64,000 bases of DNA from contig OX597818.1 in NCBI GenBank assembly GCA_951406725.2, forward strand, positions 21,700,001 through 21,764,000, in the 5' to 3' direction. The position numbers and the translations under genes are program-made. Under the pieces are notes generated by a model. It worked only from the letters and a program-made list of their open reading frames with translations, was not told where the DNA came from and searched no databases. Shown here one piece after another: positions 12,745 to 24,398 of the stretch. Source of the DNA: Octopus vulgaris (taxonomy: Eukaryota). Each line of letters opens with the position of its first letter. Position 1 is the first letter of the stretch.

Positions 12745-14203
12745 CTTGGCCAAAATATAATACTATGGTATTGAGTACTCTTCTTTCTAATAGTTAATAC
12801 TTAACACACGCTTACTTACTTTGAAATTGCATTTAATAACAGGTTGATTCACCTTCTCATTACTTGAAGTTACATGAGTGCATAACACTTCTGTGAATTT
12901 AAGAGATTTTATAATGGCCTCTAGGTTAAATTATTTAGGCCTCCATTGATCAGTTTAGGTCACTTAAATACTTCAGCTAGTTAGTGACAGCAATTCATTC
13001 ATTATATGATCCTCGTTGTAGAGCAGATTGGATGTTGGTATCTGACATTTTTGTGGAGAAAACCAGTTTGATGGTGTTGAGCATGGCTGTATGATGTAAA
13101 TGCAGCTGAATGATAGTAGGCCACTATGATAGTAGCAACAGGCATTATATACATATGATTTAGTTAGCTTTGGGTGGTATTTTCAGATTGTCAGTGTTTA
13201 AAGTTCATGAATAGGGTGTATCTTTGGTGACAACAACAATACATTGGTTTTTTTCCTATTGATGGATACTGCAAGCTGCTAAAATGTATGTACTTTCTCA
13301 GGGAAGCAGAGTTGGCAATTGTGAACTCCATGTAAAAAGCCAGCCCTTTCAAGGATGCTCCATGCATACTGGGGAAGTAATTTCTGGATGGGGGTGGTGG
13401 TAGAGTTTTCTCTATCCTTGAAGCAGTGCGTGTGTTGTGTAAATCTTCCCTTGAAATCATAGGCTGTTATACCCATGTAGTGTTTGGATGATAGAGTGGC
13501 ATCACCAATCTGGTTATTTCTCTCTATGTAGTAGCAACTGTCATTGAATTGTCATTTTGGGGTCCGAACTAACTGACACCAATCTCTTGTCTGCTGTGCC
13601 ATGTGGAACATACAAGGAAAGAATTGCTGCCACTGACTAGTTGAACTGACCAATGGTTGCTTGAATATTTTCCCCTCAAAGTAATTTTTTGATATCTTTT
13701 AAATTCTTTGATTCTGTACATCAGAGGTTGTGAACATGTTCTGTGCCCACGAAACTTAATTATTGTGGAGATACATCAACAGAAATAAAGAAAACAGGTG
13801 AACCCTTGTCCCATGGAAGGACTGGAGTTTTGTTTTTGTATTTTACATTTGTGTGGGGTGTGTGTGTGAGAGAGAATGATAAATTAAAATCAGTTTAATT
13901 TACTACTTTCATTTTTTTTTATGGTTAAGTCAGTAAAGGCTTGGGAGGTTTGTGACTTTTTTCTTTTTGTAGGGACTCTGAGATTAATGGGGAGAAAAGG
14001 AAGAAATTATTTTAAAATTGTAAACTTGTTCTGACAGTGCAAACTCTATTAATTAAAAGTAATCCATGGCCCAGTGAAGGTGGGAACAAATTAAGTTTAT
14101 TTTTGCCCTGTGATTTTTAAAAACAAGACATAGTTATTGATTTTTTTTTTTCATATTCTTTAAATGATTCCCTTTCCTTTACTCTGTTTTCTTTTTATTT
14201 CAG

Positions 14204-14256
14204 AAGTTTATTGTCTAATGGAGGTTTATACAAAACCAACAACCGAATGAATTTTG
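14204..14256 (+). CDS. Host gene exon A (SLLSNGGLYKTNNRMNF+G, or 5'UTR with start at ATG 14247)
   Basis: Long polypyrimidine tract and CAG acceptor at 14201-14203; G|gtaatg donor; ends in phase 1, matching the next exon. Confidence 0.55.
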
Positions 14257-14539
14257 GTAATGTAATGTTTATATATATCTAATTTTTTTTTTAGAATAAT
14301 TGAATGAAATGATTTTTAAAAACATTTTATTTGTTTAAGCAACAATTAAATTTTAATTTGCAATTAAATCTAAGATTGTATGTTAACAGAGATGCTAGCA
14401 TGGATGTGTGGTTAATAAATTTACGCCACAATCATATGTTTCTGTGCAGTAGAAGCCAAACATCTCCTCTGTTACTCTCACCCCAGTAACCATGTACCTC
14501 CTTTACAGCAAGACACCTGTTTCTGTCTCTCTCAGTCAT

Positions 14540-14825
14540 ACTCTAACATTTCACCATCTGATACAAGATCACCTCCTCCAATTTCTCCTCCTCTCTTAAA
14601 GATTCATTGTCTTGCATGTTATTTGATGACCCTGCCAGTGCTGGTACCATGTAAAAAGCACCCAGTCCACTCTGTGGGGTGGTTGGTGTTAGGAAGGTAG
14701 GAAGGTCTTCCGGCTGTAAAAGCCATGCTATGACAGACACAGAAGTTTGGGGTAGTCTTCTGCCTGGCCAGCTCCTGTCAAACCATTCAACCTATGCCAA
14801 CATGGAAGGCAGACATTAAACAATG

Positions 14826-14828
<3 letters not shown>
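14540..14828 (+). mobile_element. RTE-tail-bearing repeat
   Basis: gtaaaaagcacccagtccactctg..ggttggtgttaggaagg..catggaaggcagacattaaacaatgat, same tail as other copies. Confidence 0.7.

Positions 14829-14832
<4 letters not shown>

Positions 14833-14897
<65 letters not shown>
14833..14897. repeat. (TG)n microsatellite
   Basis: Directly visible. Confidence 0.95.
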
Positions 14898-14899
<2 letters not shown>

Positions 14900-14919
14900 T
14901 GAACATTGGACCCCACAGA

Positions 14920-15480
14920 GGCAGTGACAAGCAACTGAGACCATTGGAGATATGCTGTGCTTGAGAAAACCCACTCAGCCAAGCAAGATCGTAATCATAG
15001 CCAATGCCAGTGTTGCATAACTGGGTTGTTTGAAAGCACCCGTCAATTGTTGGGTGATTTGGCATGCTTGTTGAACCAAGTGAAATCATAGTTAATGCAA
15101 GTAAAAAAACACCATTTGTGTGGGGCCGATGCCAATGCTGCCTGGCTGGCACCTGTGCCATTGGCATGTAAAAAGCACCATTCGAGCATGACCAATGTCA
15201 GTTCCATCTGACTGGTACCTGTGCTGGTGGCACATAAAAAGCATCATTCGAGCATGGTTGATGCCAGTGCTGCTTGACTGGCACCCATGCCAGTGGCATG
15301 TAAAAAGCACACACTACACTCTCAGAGTGGTTGGTATTAGGGTATCCAGCTGAAGAAACCTTGCCAAATCAGATCAGAGTCTGGTGTAGCTTCCTGGTTT
15401 GCCAATTCTCAGTCAAACATTTCAACCTGTGCCAGCAGGGAAAGCGGATGTTAAATGACAATGATGATGACGATGATGAT
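14920..15480 (+). mobile_element. RTE 3'UTR-derived element with ~66 bp tandem units and (GAT)n tail
   Basis: gtgcttgagaa..acc, repeated taaaaagca at 15169/15235/15301, ggatgttaaatgac..(gat)n; homologous to 22510-22959. Confidence 0.8.
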
Positions 15481-15569
15481 ATTGTCAAAGTATCATATAT
15501 CTAAAAAAGAAGCACACTCTAAAGTATAGAGTAGTAAAGCATTTAAGAAATAAAGTTAATGCCTGGTTA

Positions 15570-15633
15570 TAGAGTGACCAATGGCTTTGCATCCATGAAG
15601 GCTGTAGCTTTGCGGACAACTCATCAGACTCTA
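15570..15633 (-). ncRNA. Degenerate type I hammerhead ribozyme
   Basis: Minus strand: tagagt-CTGATGA-gttgtcc..ggatgc-AAAG(for GAAA)C-cattg-GTC-actcta; perfect 6-bp stem I. Confidence 0.6.
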
Positions 15634-16571
15634 GTCCAATGCTTATATTAACATATATTTTGGTATTTTGTCTTTTTCTCTTGTAACTTTATAGCTTGAC
15701 AGATTGATCAGATAAGGAATAGACTGAAATAAGCATTGGAATCAATATGATTGATTGAAACTAGTAAATATATAAAAGTATAGGAAGTAGATTGATCTGA
15801 TAAAACTTTCATTCTTTCACATACTCTAATTACATGTATTACTCTGGTATTGCCTCAATGCTACAGTAGTTTTGGTTTGTAACAGATTCAAACAGAAAAA
15901 CACATATTCAATATGTAAATTTAACCAGTGTTTTGTTAATGTGCAGTGCTGAGTTCAAATCTCTCCAAATCTTTATGATTATAATGTTTAGATGGATTAG
16001 TTCTTGCTGGGCTGACTCGTTTGAGCAACACTTAATGAAAACAGTTTTGTGTCCTTAGGACACATTTAATCATGGATTATCATTTATAGCCAATTGTTAT
16101 TGTTATCTTCAGATCAGCTGTGATCCAACAGACCTATAATCAAAGCATACTAACCATATCCTTGCAATATTTTATTCAGGCATAGTGTATCGAGGAGTAT
16201 AGTACCCAATGTGTCCTTCCCTTTTTAAAACTTTCTAGCACGTCAGGGAATCACGTAGAAGTTCCAGTTTCAAAGCTACTAACTTGGTTTGTTGTCCATA
16301 GCAACTAATGGGGAAAAACTCTTGTCTGCATTAAAATGCTCTGCTTCTAATATTTACATGAAACAGATTGAAACCATAACGTAAAAAGAATTCTTTTATA
16401 CTAATGACATTACAAATTTACAAATTAGATGTTATTGATTAATAAACAAGTATAGAATTGAATATGTTGACATTTATAAAAAAAATAATAATATTCAAAC
16501 TTTGAACACTAAATATGGTAATGTATAAAAAGTGGGCTGTCACATTTTCATTTTGCAGCTTGCTTTGTGTG

Positions 16572-16602
<31 letters not shown>

Positions 16603-16667
16603 GTGTATGTATGTATGTATGTATGTATGTATGTATGTATGTATGTATGTATGTATCAATCAATCAA

Positions 16668-16960
16668 TCATCATCATCATCATCATCATCATTTAATGTC
16701 CATTTTCCAGGCTGGCATGGGTTGGGTTTGACAAGATTTGGTAAACCGAGGAGCTGAACCAGGTTCCAGTCTGATTTGGCATGGTTTCTTCGACCCGATG
16801 CCCTTCTTAATGCCAACCATTCCAAGAGTTTAATAGGTACATTTTACGTGCCACTGGAACAGGTGCGATTTACATAACCCGACAACCGTTACAACTGTGA
16901 TTTCACGGCACAGGTGCCATTTACATGACACTGGAAATGGCCATAACTACAGTTTCACTT
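16668..16960 (-). mobile_element. RTE-tail-bearing repeat (antisense)
   Basis: (TCA)n followed by tttaatgtccattttcc..gatgcccttcttaatgccaacc..ttttacgtgcc, the reverse complement of the tail above. Confidence 0.75.
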
Positions 16961-18208
16961 GGCTTGACAAGAAAGTGAAGAAGAGATTGAAAAACAGTCT
17001 GTGGTTGTTGTTTGTGTGCTGACTTATGGTACAAAACATTTTATTGTAAATAACTACAAGCCATGAAAAAAATGTTTGTAAACCCTAAGCAAAATGAATA
17101 TGTTGCTTGTAAATAAGTGACACGATCTCACATTATCGTAAGGTTGACAAATTATTATTACACATGGATATATACACCTGTAGTGCACCTGGGCACTGTA
17201 TACAATAATTTCATTATTATTATTTTATACGGGCGCGCGCGCGCGCGCACACACACACACACAAATCGGAGAGAAACTACAATTTTGAGTAGAAGTTGTT
17301 TTGATCCAATATATTTGATGTTAGGTATTGAAAGAGTTAATTTGAAATTGTTTACAGATTATATAATTTGATGTGTAAATATCATTGTGTGTGTAGTTAT
17401 ATAGATTGAATGAAAATAGAACGTTTGTTTTTTATCAAGGGAGATAATTCTTATGTCACTTTGAGGTGAATTATGGTTCTTTTATGTTACCGCAATTTTA
17501 ATGAAATAACAAAACATTTTCATTTTTTTTTTTCGGGAACGAAACAAGAAATTTACACTAGATAGGAAGCAGTTTGATTGATGAGCAGACCATTTTCTAT
17601 AGCATAAGCGATTTTACCCAAGATTTGGCTCGGTTTGCTTCACCACAACTGCTTCATTGGTGTCTAACACTCAATTTTGAGTGGTCATTGCTATTGCTCG
17701 TCCCCACTCACTCACTTACTCTCTCTTTGTCTCTCTCTCTCTTAATCACCCACTTGGGTTGCTATCCGTCAATCCTCCATTTCACCTCTTCTGTTATGCC
17801 TCTTTTCATCACCCTGCTGTCACCCTCCAGGACATCAGTCTTCCGCTCATCCCATTCATGTTTTCTGTAGACAGGACCCTTCGTCTTGCAGAAGGCAACC
17901 CTTGTTAATGGTGCCTCAATAAAATGTACCCAAAACACTCTATAAAGTAGTTGGCAAATGGAGACAACATAGGATAGAGAGGAAGTTACTTTTGCTGAGA
18001 ATATAGCATACTTTTTAGAACTGATGCCATGATAAAATGCACCTATTACACTCTAGAGTGGTTGGCATTAAGAAGAGTCTCTACTTTTAGAAACAATACC
18101 AATCTAATCTGGGATGTGACACTCTTTCCAGCATATGCTTTAATGGAAAGCAGATGTAAAATGATTGATTTTGTCCAGTTCCCTAATTATTCATCCAATC
18201 CACAGTCC

Positions 18209-18241
<33 letters not shown>

Positions 18242-18260
18242 CAACAATGATAATGATAAT

Positions 18261-18689
18261 GGTTTCAAATTTTGGCACAAGGCCAGTGATTTCAAGGGAG
18301 CAGTAAGTTGATTATATCAACACCAGTGTTCAACTGGTATTTATTTTATTGTCCCCAAATGATGAAAGGCAAAGTCAACCTTAGCAGAATTTGAACTCAG
18401 AATGTGAAGATGGACAAAATACCAATAAGTGTTTTGTCCAGCATACTAACAATTCTGTCAGTTCATCGCCTTAATATTAATAATAATAACAATAATCATT
18501 TCTATTAAAGGTACAAGTCCAGAAATTTTGTGGGAGGTGACTAGTCGATTATATCAACCCTATTGTTTCACTGGTACTTAATTTATTGACCTTGAAAGGC
18601 AGAATTTGAACTCAGAATATAGTGACAGATGAAGTACTGCTAGGCATTTTGCCTGGCATGCTAACAATTCTGCCAGCTTGCTGACTTAA
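18261..18689 (-). mobile_element. Two tandem family A SINEs separated by (AAT)n
   Basis: Each has ggcacaagg..caactggta..gaaaggc..gaatttgaactcagaa..ttctgccagc; copies 18261-18473 and 18497-18689. Confidence 0.85.
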
Positions 18690-18949
18690 TAATTTTGATA
18701 ATAATAATAATGGCAGTTATGATGGTGATGATGCTGAATTTAATTCTAAGCTAATTTTTAAAAACAAATATTTTATTACATTATGAGCTTATTGTGAGAA
18801 TAACTCTAGTCTATGTTATGAACTACTTGAAGGAGTGCTTACAAGAAAGCATTCAGAAATAAAGGGACACAATCCATTTAATATATACATTTTGAAAAGA
18901 TTATAAATGTTCAGCATCTTCAATGTATTCAACAATTTCCACTCTTGTG

Positions 18950-19380
18950 TAAGTGATACCACCTTTCCCTTTACCCTTCATTTCCACAACCTAGTATGAT
19001 CCACATGCAGCTTAGATGTCTCATGCTAAACCTTCATGAACAGGGAACTATAAACATTCTCCAGTGAGGGTTATACCAATCTTGTCTCCTTCAACAGCAG
19101 AGTCAGTTGCTATACATATCAATAAAACAGTATCGTACCTCATCTCCATGATACATTTATTTATATGCAACTAGAACCCTTAAGGGTTCTCCAAATGCTA
19201 CACTTCACTAATATGGGTGATGCACATGAACATCTCATCATAGTAGAGAGTGCTTTACAAAAACTGGTCTTCCTCTTCAGGACCAGAAATTACTTCATCC
19301 CCCAACTACTAACCTAGAATAGAGTACTACTCCCACATGTGGGGCAGTGCTCCTGCCATACATACAAGCATCTTTGATTG
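18950..19380 (+). mobile_element. CR1-group LINE RT C-terminal remnant
   Basis: KLVFLFRTRNYF and EYYSHMWGSAPA-like translation, multiple disruptions. Confidence 0.5.
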
Positions 19381-19604
19381 CATAATTCTAAATTTCAGCA
19401 AATTCTTTCTTTTCCTTATTTTTGTCTTTTCAAGGATGTTCGCTCAAAATTAATATTATTTGAAAATAAAATGTTACCATTCTAACAACTATAAGAAAAA
19501 AAACAGCTCTCTTGGCAGTTTTGTGCCGATCATTATAATCATGATCAGATCAAGCTTGCTCAGATTTGCCTGATAATTTTGCATCATAATTTTGCATAGT
19601 AATA

Positions 19605-19612
19605 TATATATG

Positions 19613-19659
<47 letters not shown>

Positions 19660-19676
19660 GTGTGTGTGTGTATGTG

Positions 19677-19763
<87 letters not shown>
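19605..19763. repeat. Compound (TA)n/(TG)n microsatellite
   Basis: Directly visible; source of the CVCV ORFs. Confidence 0.95.
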
Positions 19764-19767
<4 letters not shown>

Positions 19768-21049
19768 ATTTTTTATAAGATGATTCTTTTAATGTTCTGT
19801 AAAATTAATACAAACTACATGACATCTTAGGCTTCAATCTTTTATTGTTGGAATTAGCATGAGACGACAAGCAGTGGCAGACGACACACACAAAAAAAAA
19901 AAATCTGTGCAAGGGAAGCAAGACGAGCTGTTGCATCCTATTCTGTATTATTTTAACATTTTTCTGTTAAAAATGCCACAAAGACATTTTTTCTTGAGTA
20001 AGAGCAGATAGTGAATAGTTTTAGATGCTAATAGATACTTATCCACTTAAATTAAGTTTCTGTCAATTTACAATACCTATGATATATATAATCTTACGTT
20101 GTTATGTAAACACTTAGATAGGAAAAGGGAAGCAAGTTGACATTCTGCTTCTATCAGAAAAATGGTGAAAAGATAGCATGCACATAGCTTTCTACATTTA
20201 TTCAACTAATATTTTATACTTTTTCAAATTACAGAACACAATATAAAATGTGATTTTTTTTTTCAAAAATAGCTGTATAATATGAACATGTCAATTTGAT
20301 TCAAATATGTATGTGACATAAATTTTTGGTCATTGCTTCTGGATGACCAACTGAAATATATCCATGTCAGGGTGTCCACAAGAGTGTGTCACTAGTGAGT
20401 TCTTGCTTTGTCCTCTAGTAATGTTCCACAAAGTGTATGGTTTTGATATAAGATCACAAATTTGGGAAGGAATGCAGTTAACTGAATTTAAACCTAGTAT
20501 TTCATTGTCTTATTTAATTGACACTGGAAGGATGAAAAGGTATAATTATATACTGCATAAAGTTTATTTGGCACTCTGCCATTTATATCACTTAGACACT
20601 CTTGAATTAATAATAATAATAAGCTGATGATGATGATGACAACTACGATTTTTTTTTTTTTTTTGGGGTGCAAAGCCATAATTTTTATGAGAGGGTACAG
20701 TTGATTTAATTGATGCCAGTACTTAAGTAATACTTTATTTTACCATCCCACAAAGGATGAAACACATTGCCAACCCTAGTGGGGTTTGAACTCAGAATGT
20801 GAAGAGGCATTACTAAATTCTGCATGGTATTTAGTTTGGCATTCATCCATTTCTGCCATTTACTGTCATGGTTAAATGAAAGAAGTCCAAGTATTAGATT
20901 TAACAGAGTAATCTGAACACTAAAGGGTTAAGTTAATGAGTAAGCACCACTCAATTTTGCTTGAACAAACTTAAAACTCAATAGTAGCCAATCAAATGCT
21001 TACAATCGTAACTTATAAGTTTTTGTCACCTTCACCTTTCTTTAGCATA

Positions 21050-21253
21050 TTTCTGTTGAAATATATTGCCTTTGTTTTAATTAACTTTGCAAATGAAAAA
21101 TTTACTAAAATACCTGTCATTATCAAGCTGGTGTTTGGAACATAAATTAGCATGAAATTTTGTAGAAAGTTTTTAATTGATGTCACTTCAAACAAGAAGT
21201 TTGTACCCAAGAATCAGGAACAGTCTCAGGTGTGTTGGTATCAAAAGGGTTAA
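21050..21253 (+). mobile_element. TTAA-ended MITE, family 2
   Basis: catatttctgttgaaatatattgcc..ttggtatcaaaagggttaa. Confidence 0.7.
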
Positions 21254-21831
21254 GATAAGATTCTCTTTAAACCAATGAGGGAGCCTCCGTGTTATTACTC
21301 GACCACTTAGAAAGAGTAACAAAGTTTCCTTCAAATCACACCGCTCTCTTTCAAAATGGATGGAAACGTTGAATAATGGTGATCCTGGATTCTGTGCCTT
21401 AGTAAAAAATAAGATGGTCACAGTTGGAATGCTTTTGATCAAAGGCCTACTGACCATTGACCTGGGATTAAACAACAACAATGATTATCAGCTGTAAAGC
21501 AGCTGAGTTGATAAGGTATTGGACTACAAGTTTAAATTTAATTTAAGTGGGGTAAACATTTTGTCATATCTCTGGGCGGTACACTTAATTTTACTCACTT
21601 CACTTGGAAATGCTGCCCTGCATTCTATTTAGGTGCTGGCTGTAGAGTTACCCCTCATTCTCTTCACACTAAGAAACTGAAGCTAAATCTTAGGCTTTAG
21701 GAAACAATAACACGGGTTTTCACTGTCTAGTTTTTTTGTGTAATTTACAGTATTATCTTCTATATATTTTTTCTGGTGTAAAAGACAAATATATTTATCT
21801 ACACCATGTGAAATGTTTTAAGTAGTAAAAA

Positions 21832-22959
21832 ACAGATTCCATCACACTCCAGGGGGAGAAACTAGAAGTAGTTGATAGTTTCCGCTACCTGGGTGACCAA
21901 GTTAGTAGTGGAAGGTGGATGCTCAGAGAGTGTCACCACTAGAATACGAATAGCCTGGGCAAAGTTTAGAAAGCTCCTACCCCTACTGGTGACAAAGGGT
22001 CTCTTGCTCAGAGTGAAAGGTAGATTGTATGATGCATGTGTGCGAACTGCCATGCTTCACGGTAGTGAAACATGGGCTGTGACTGCAGAGGACATGCGTA
22101 GACTTGAAAGGAATGAAGCTAGCATGATCCGCTGGATGTGTAATGTCAGTGTGCATGCACGACAGAGGGTAAGCACCCTGAGAGAAATGTTGGACATAAG
22201 AAGCATCAGATGTGGTGTGCAAGAGCAATGCTTGTGATGGTATGGTCATGTACTGCAGATGGATGAGGAGAGATGTGTGAAGAAGTGCCGCTCCCAAACA
22301 GTTGAAGGTATCAGGGAGAGAGGTAGACCCAGGAAGACATGGGATGAGGTAGTCAAGCATGACCTCAGAGCGTTGGGCCTCACAGAGGCAATGACGAAGG
22401 ACCGAGATCTCTGGAGATATGCTGTGACTGCAAAGACCCGGGCTGCTTCCTGCACCAGTCCTGCATAGCCCCTGCCCATTCAAAGTACCTTGGATACCAG
22501 AACATCCCGCTGTGCTTGAGGAGACCTATAGAGTAAAGTACATGAACATCAAAATAATATCAATGGAAATAGTAGTTGTGATACCTGTGCCGGTGGCACA
22601 TAAAAAGCACCATCCGAACGTGGCCGATGCCAGCGCCGCTTCGACTGGCTTCTGTGCCGGTGGCACATAAAAAGCACCATCCGAATGTGGCCGATGCCAG
22701 TGCCGCCTTGACTGGCTTCCGTGCCGGTGGCACATTAAAAGCACCAACCGATCATGGCCGAAACCAGACTCCCCTGGCACCTGTAAAAAGCACCCAATAC
22801 ACTCGCGGAGTGGTTGGCGTTAGGAAGGGCATCCATCTGTAGAAACACTGCCAGATCCGACTGGAGCCTGGTGCAGCCCCTGGCTTCCCAGACCCCGGTC
22901 GAACTGTCCAACCCGTGCTAGCGCGGAAAACGGATGTTAAACGGTGATGATAATGATGA
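21832..22959 (+). mobile_element. RTE-clade LINE, 5'-truncated (RT C-terminus, 3'UTR with tandem units, (GAT)n tail)
   Basis: FRYLGD, RIRIAWAKF, MLHGSETW, WYGHV, RGRPRKTW motifs; one frameshift and one TGA; CpGs well preserved. Confidence 0.93.
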
Positions 22960-23409
22960 GTGAACCATGCTATAGTTTTATTCTCATAATTCTACTGAAG
23001 GCGATTTTAGTTTTCATCACACTATAGTCAATAAATACTAGTGATATATTGAATGTACCGTATTCTCCACTCCTACAAGAGTGTTTATTGCTGTGTTTAC
23101 TAAACAAAAGTCTTTATCCATATTGAGATGCAGTTCAAAATCTTATTGCAATCACTATAGATGTTTAGCAACATGTCAGCCCTAGACCTGTGATTAAAGG
23201 CATTCCTATCATGTCTAACCTGTCTTTTTACATTCATTGTATATCTAAGACTATATTATCCACTGTGTCATTGTTTGTTCTTAAGGTGATACGATGTAAT
23301 TCAAGGCAACCACTTAGGGGTTCTCTTACTGGTTTAATAATATTTGTTTCAGTCTGTGTTGCTAACAAACTTTTTAATTTCCACATCTTATTAGAGAGTT
23401 TAGTATCCA

Positions 23410-23441
<32 letters not shown>

Positions 23442-23990
23442 CTGTTTTTTTCTACACCCTTCTCTAATTCCCTTTCTCTCCTCCTCTCTCCTTCACCATT
23501 TTCTATCTGTCTCTCTCTCTCTCTTTCTCTTTTTCTCTCTCATTGCTCACACGTGACCATCGTTCATCTTCTTCTCGTGTGACCATCTTTCTTTTCCTGC
23601 ATGCATGTTTAAACGAGCGGGCATATTTTTCTCTCTCTCTTCTATCTTTTCTCTTTTCAAAAAATGTTTCACCCAGTGTTCACTATTTTCCTCTCATTCT
23701 GGTCTAATGACCCTCCATGTTTGTTTTCATTTGGTTTCCTTGTATGTCTCCAGTGTCATCTTTTTGTTCCCAACTTTGACCCTCCATAAATCCCAAATTT
23801 TTTTTTTAGAATTTATGGGAGCAACTGTCTTTGAAGACTCATATTCTTGTTGAATGCACGAAATGAGGAGTAGATAGACAGCCAACAACTGATGAAGAGT
23901 CCTTTCTCTGTTTTCCTGTCCTGTTTTCCATTTTTTTTTCATTGTTTATGTGTTTCATGTTATTTGCACCATTGGTAATGTTCTGTACCC

Positions 23991-24049
<59 letters not shown>

Positions 24050-24248
24050 TCACCCTTCCCAAGTCAACACTACTATGTCCTCAATAACATGTAAATATCA
24101 TATTTTGCACCACCATACCACCAGTGAGAACTAAGTTATAAGATGACAAAATTTTTTCCTTTAAATTTCTTATAAATTAAAATGCTGTGAACTATTGTAG
24201 ACCATATTTGAATTAACAAATACACTATGTACATTTCTTTTTTATTAG

Positions 24249-24398
24249 ATACTTGTCAGAATACTTTCAGAACGGTATCGTTCACCAATGAGAATGGTAC
24301 TTCTCTAACTTCCGGTGCCAATCTACACACATTCTCTTCAGAACCAGAGACATCCACTCCAAATCCAGATATGAAAATCACCGTGGACTCAAGAAAAG
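24249..24398 (+). CDS. Host gene exon B (DTCQNTFRTVSFTNENGTSLTSGANLHTFSSEPETSTPNPDMKITVDSRK)
   Basis: ttttattag acceptor, AAG|gtaaca donor, 150 bp, phase 1-1, open frame, GC higher than flanks. Confidence 0.8.

Noticed and set aside
21983-22483. 166 aa minus-strand ORF
   Set aside because: Antisense shadow of the RTE reverse transcriptase
22584-22800. CRISPR-like or tracrRNA-like array
   Set aside because: Whole units are repeated with no unique spacers, context is a eukaryotic LINE and there are no cas genes
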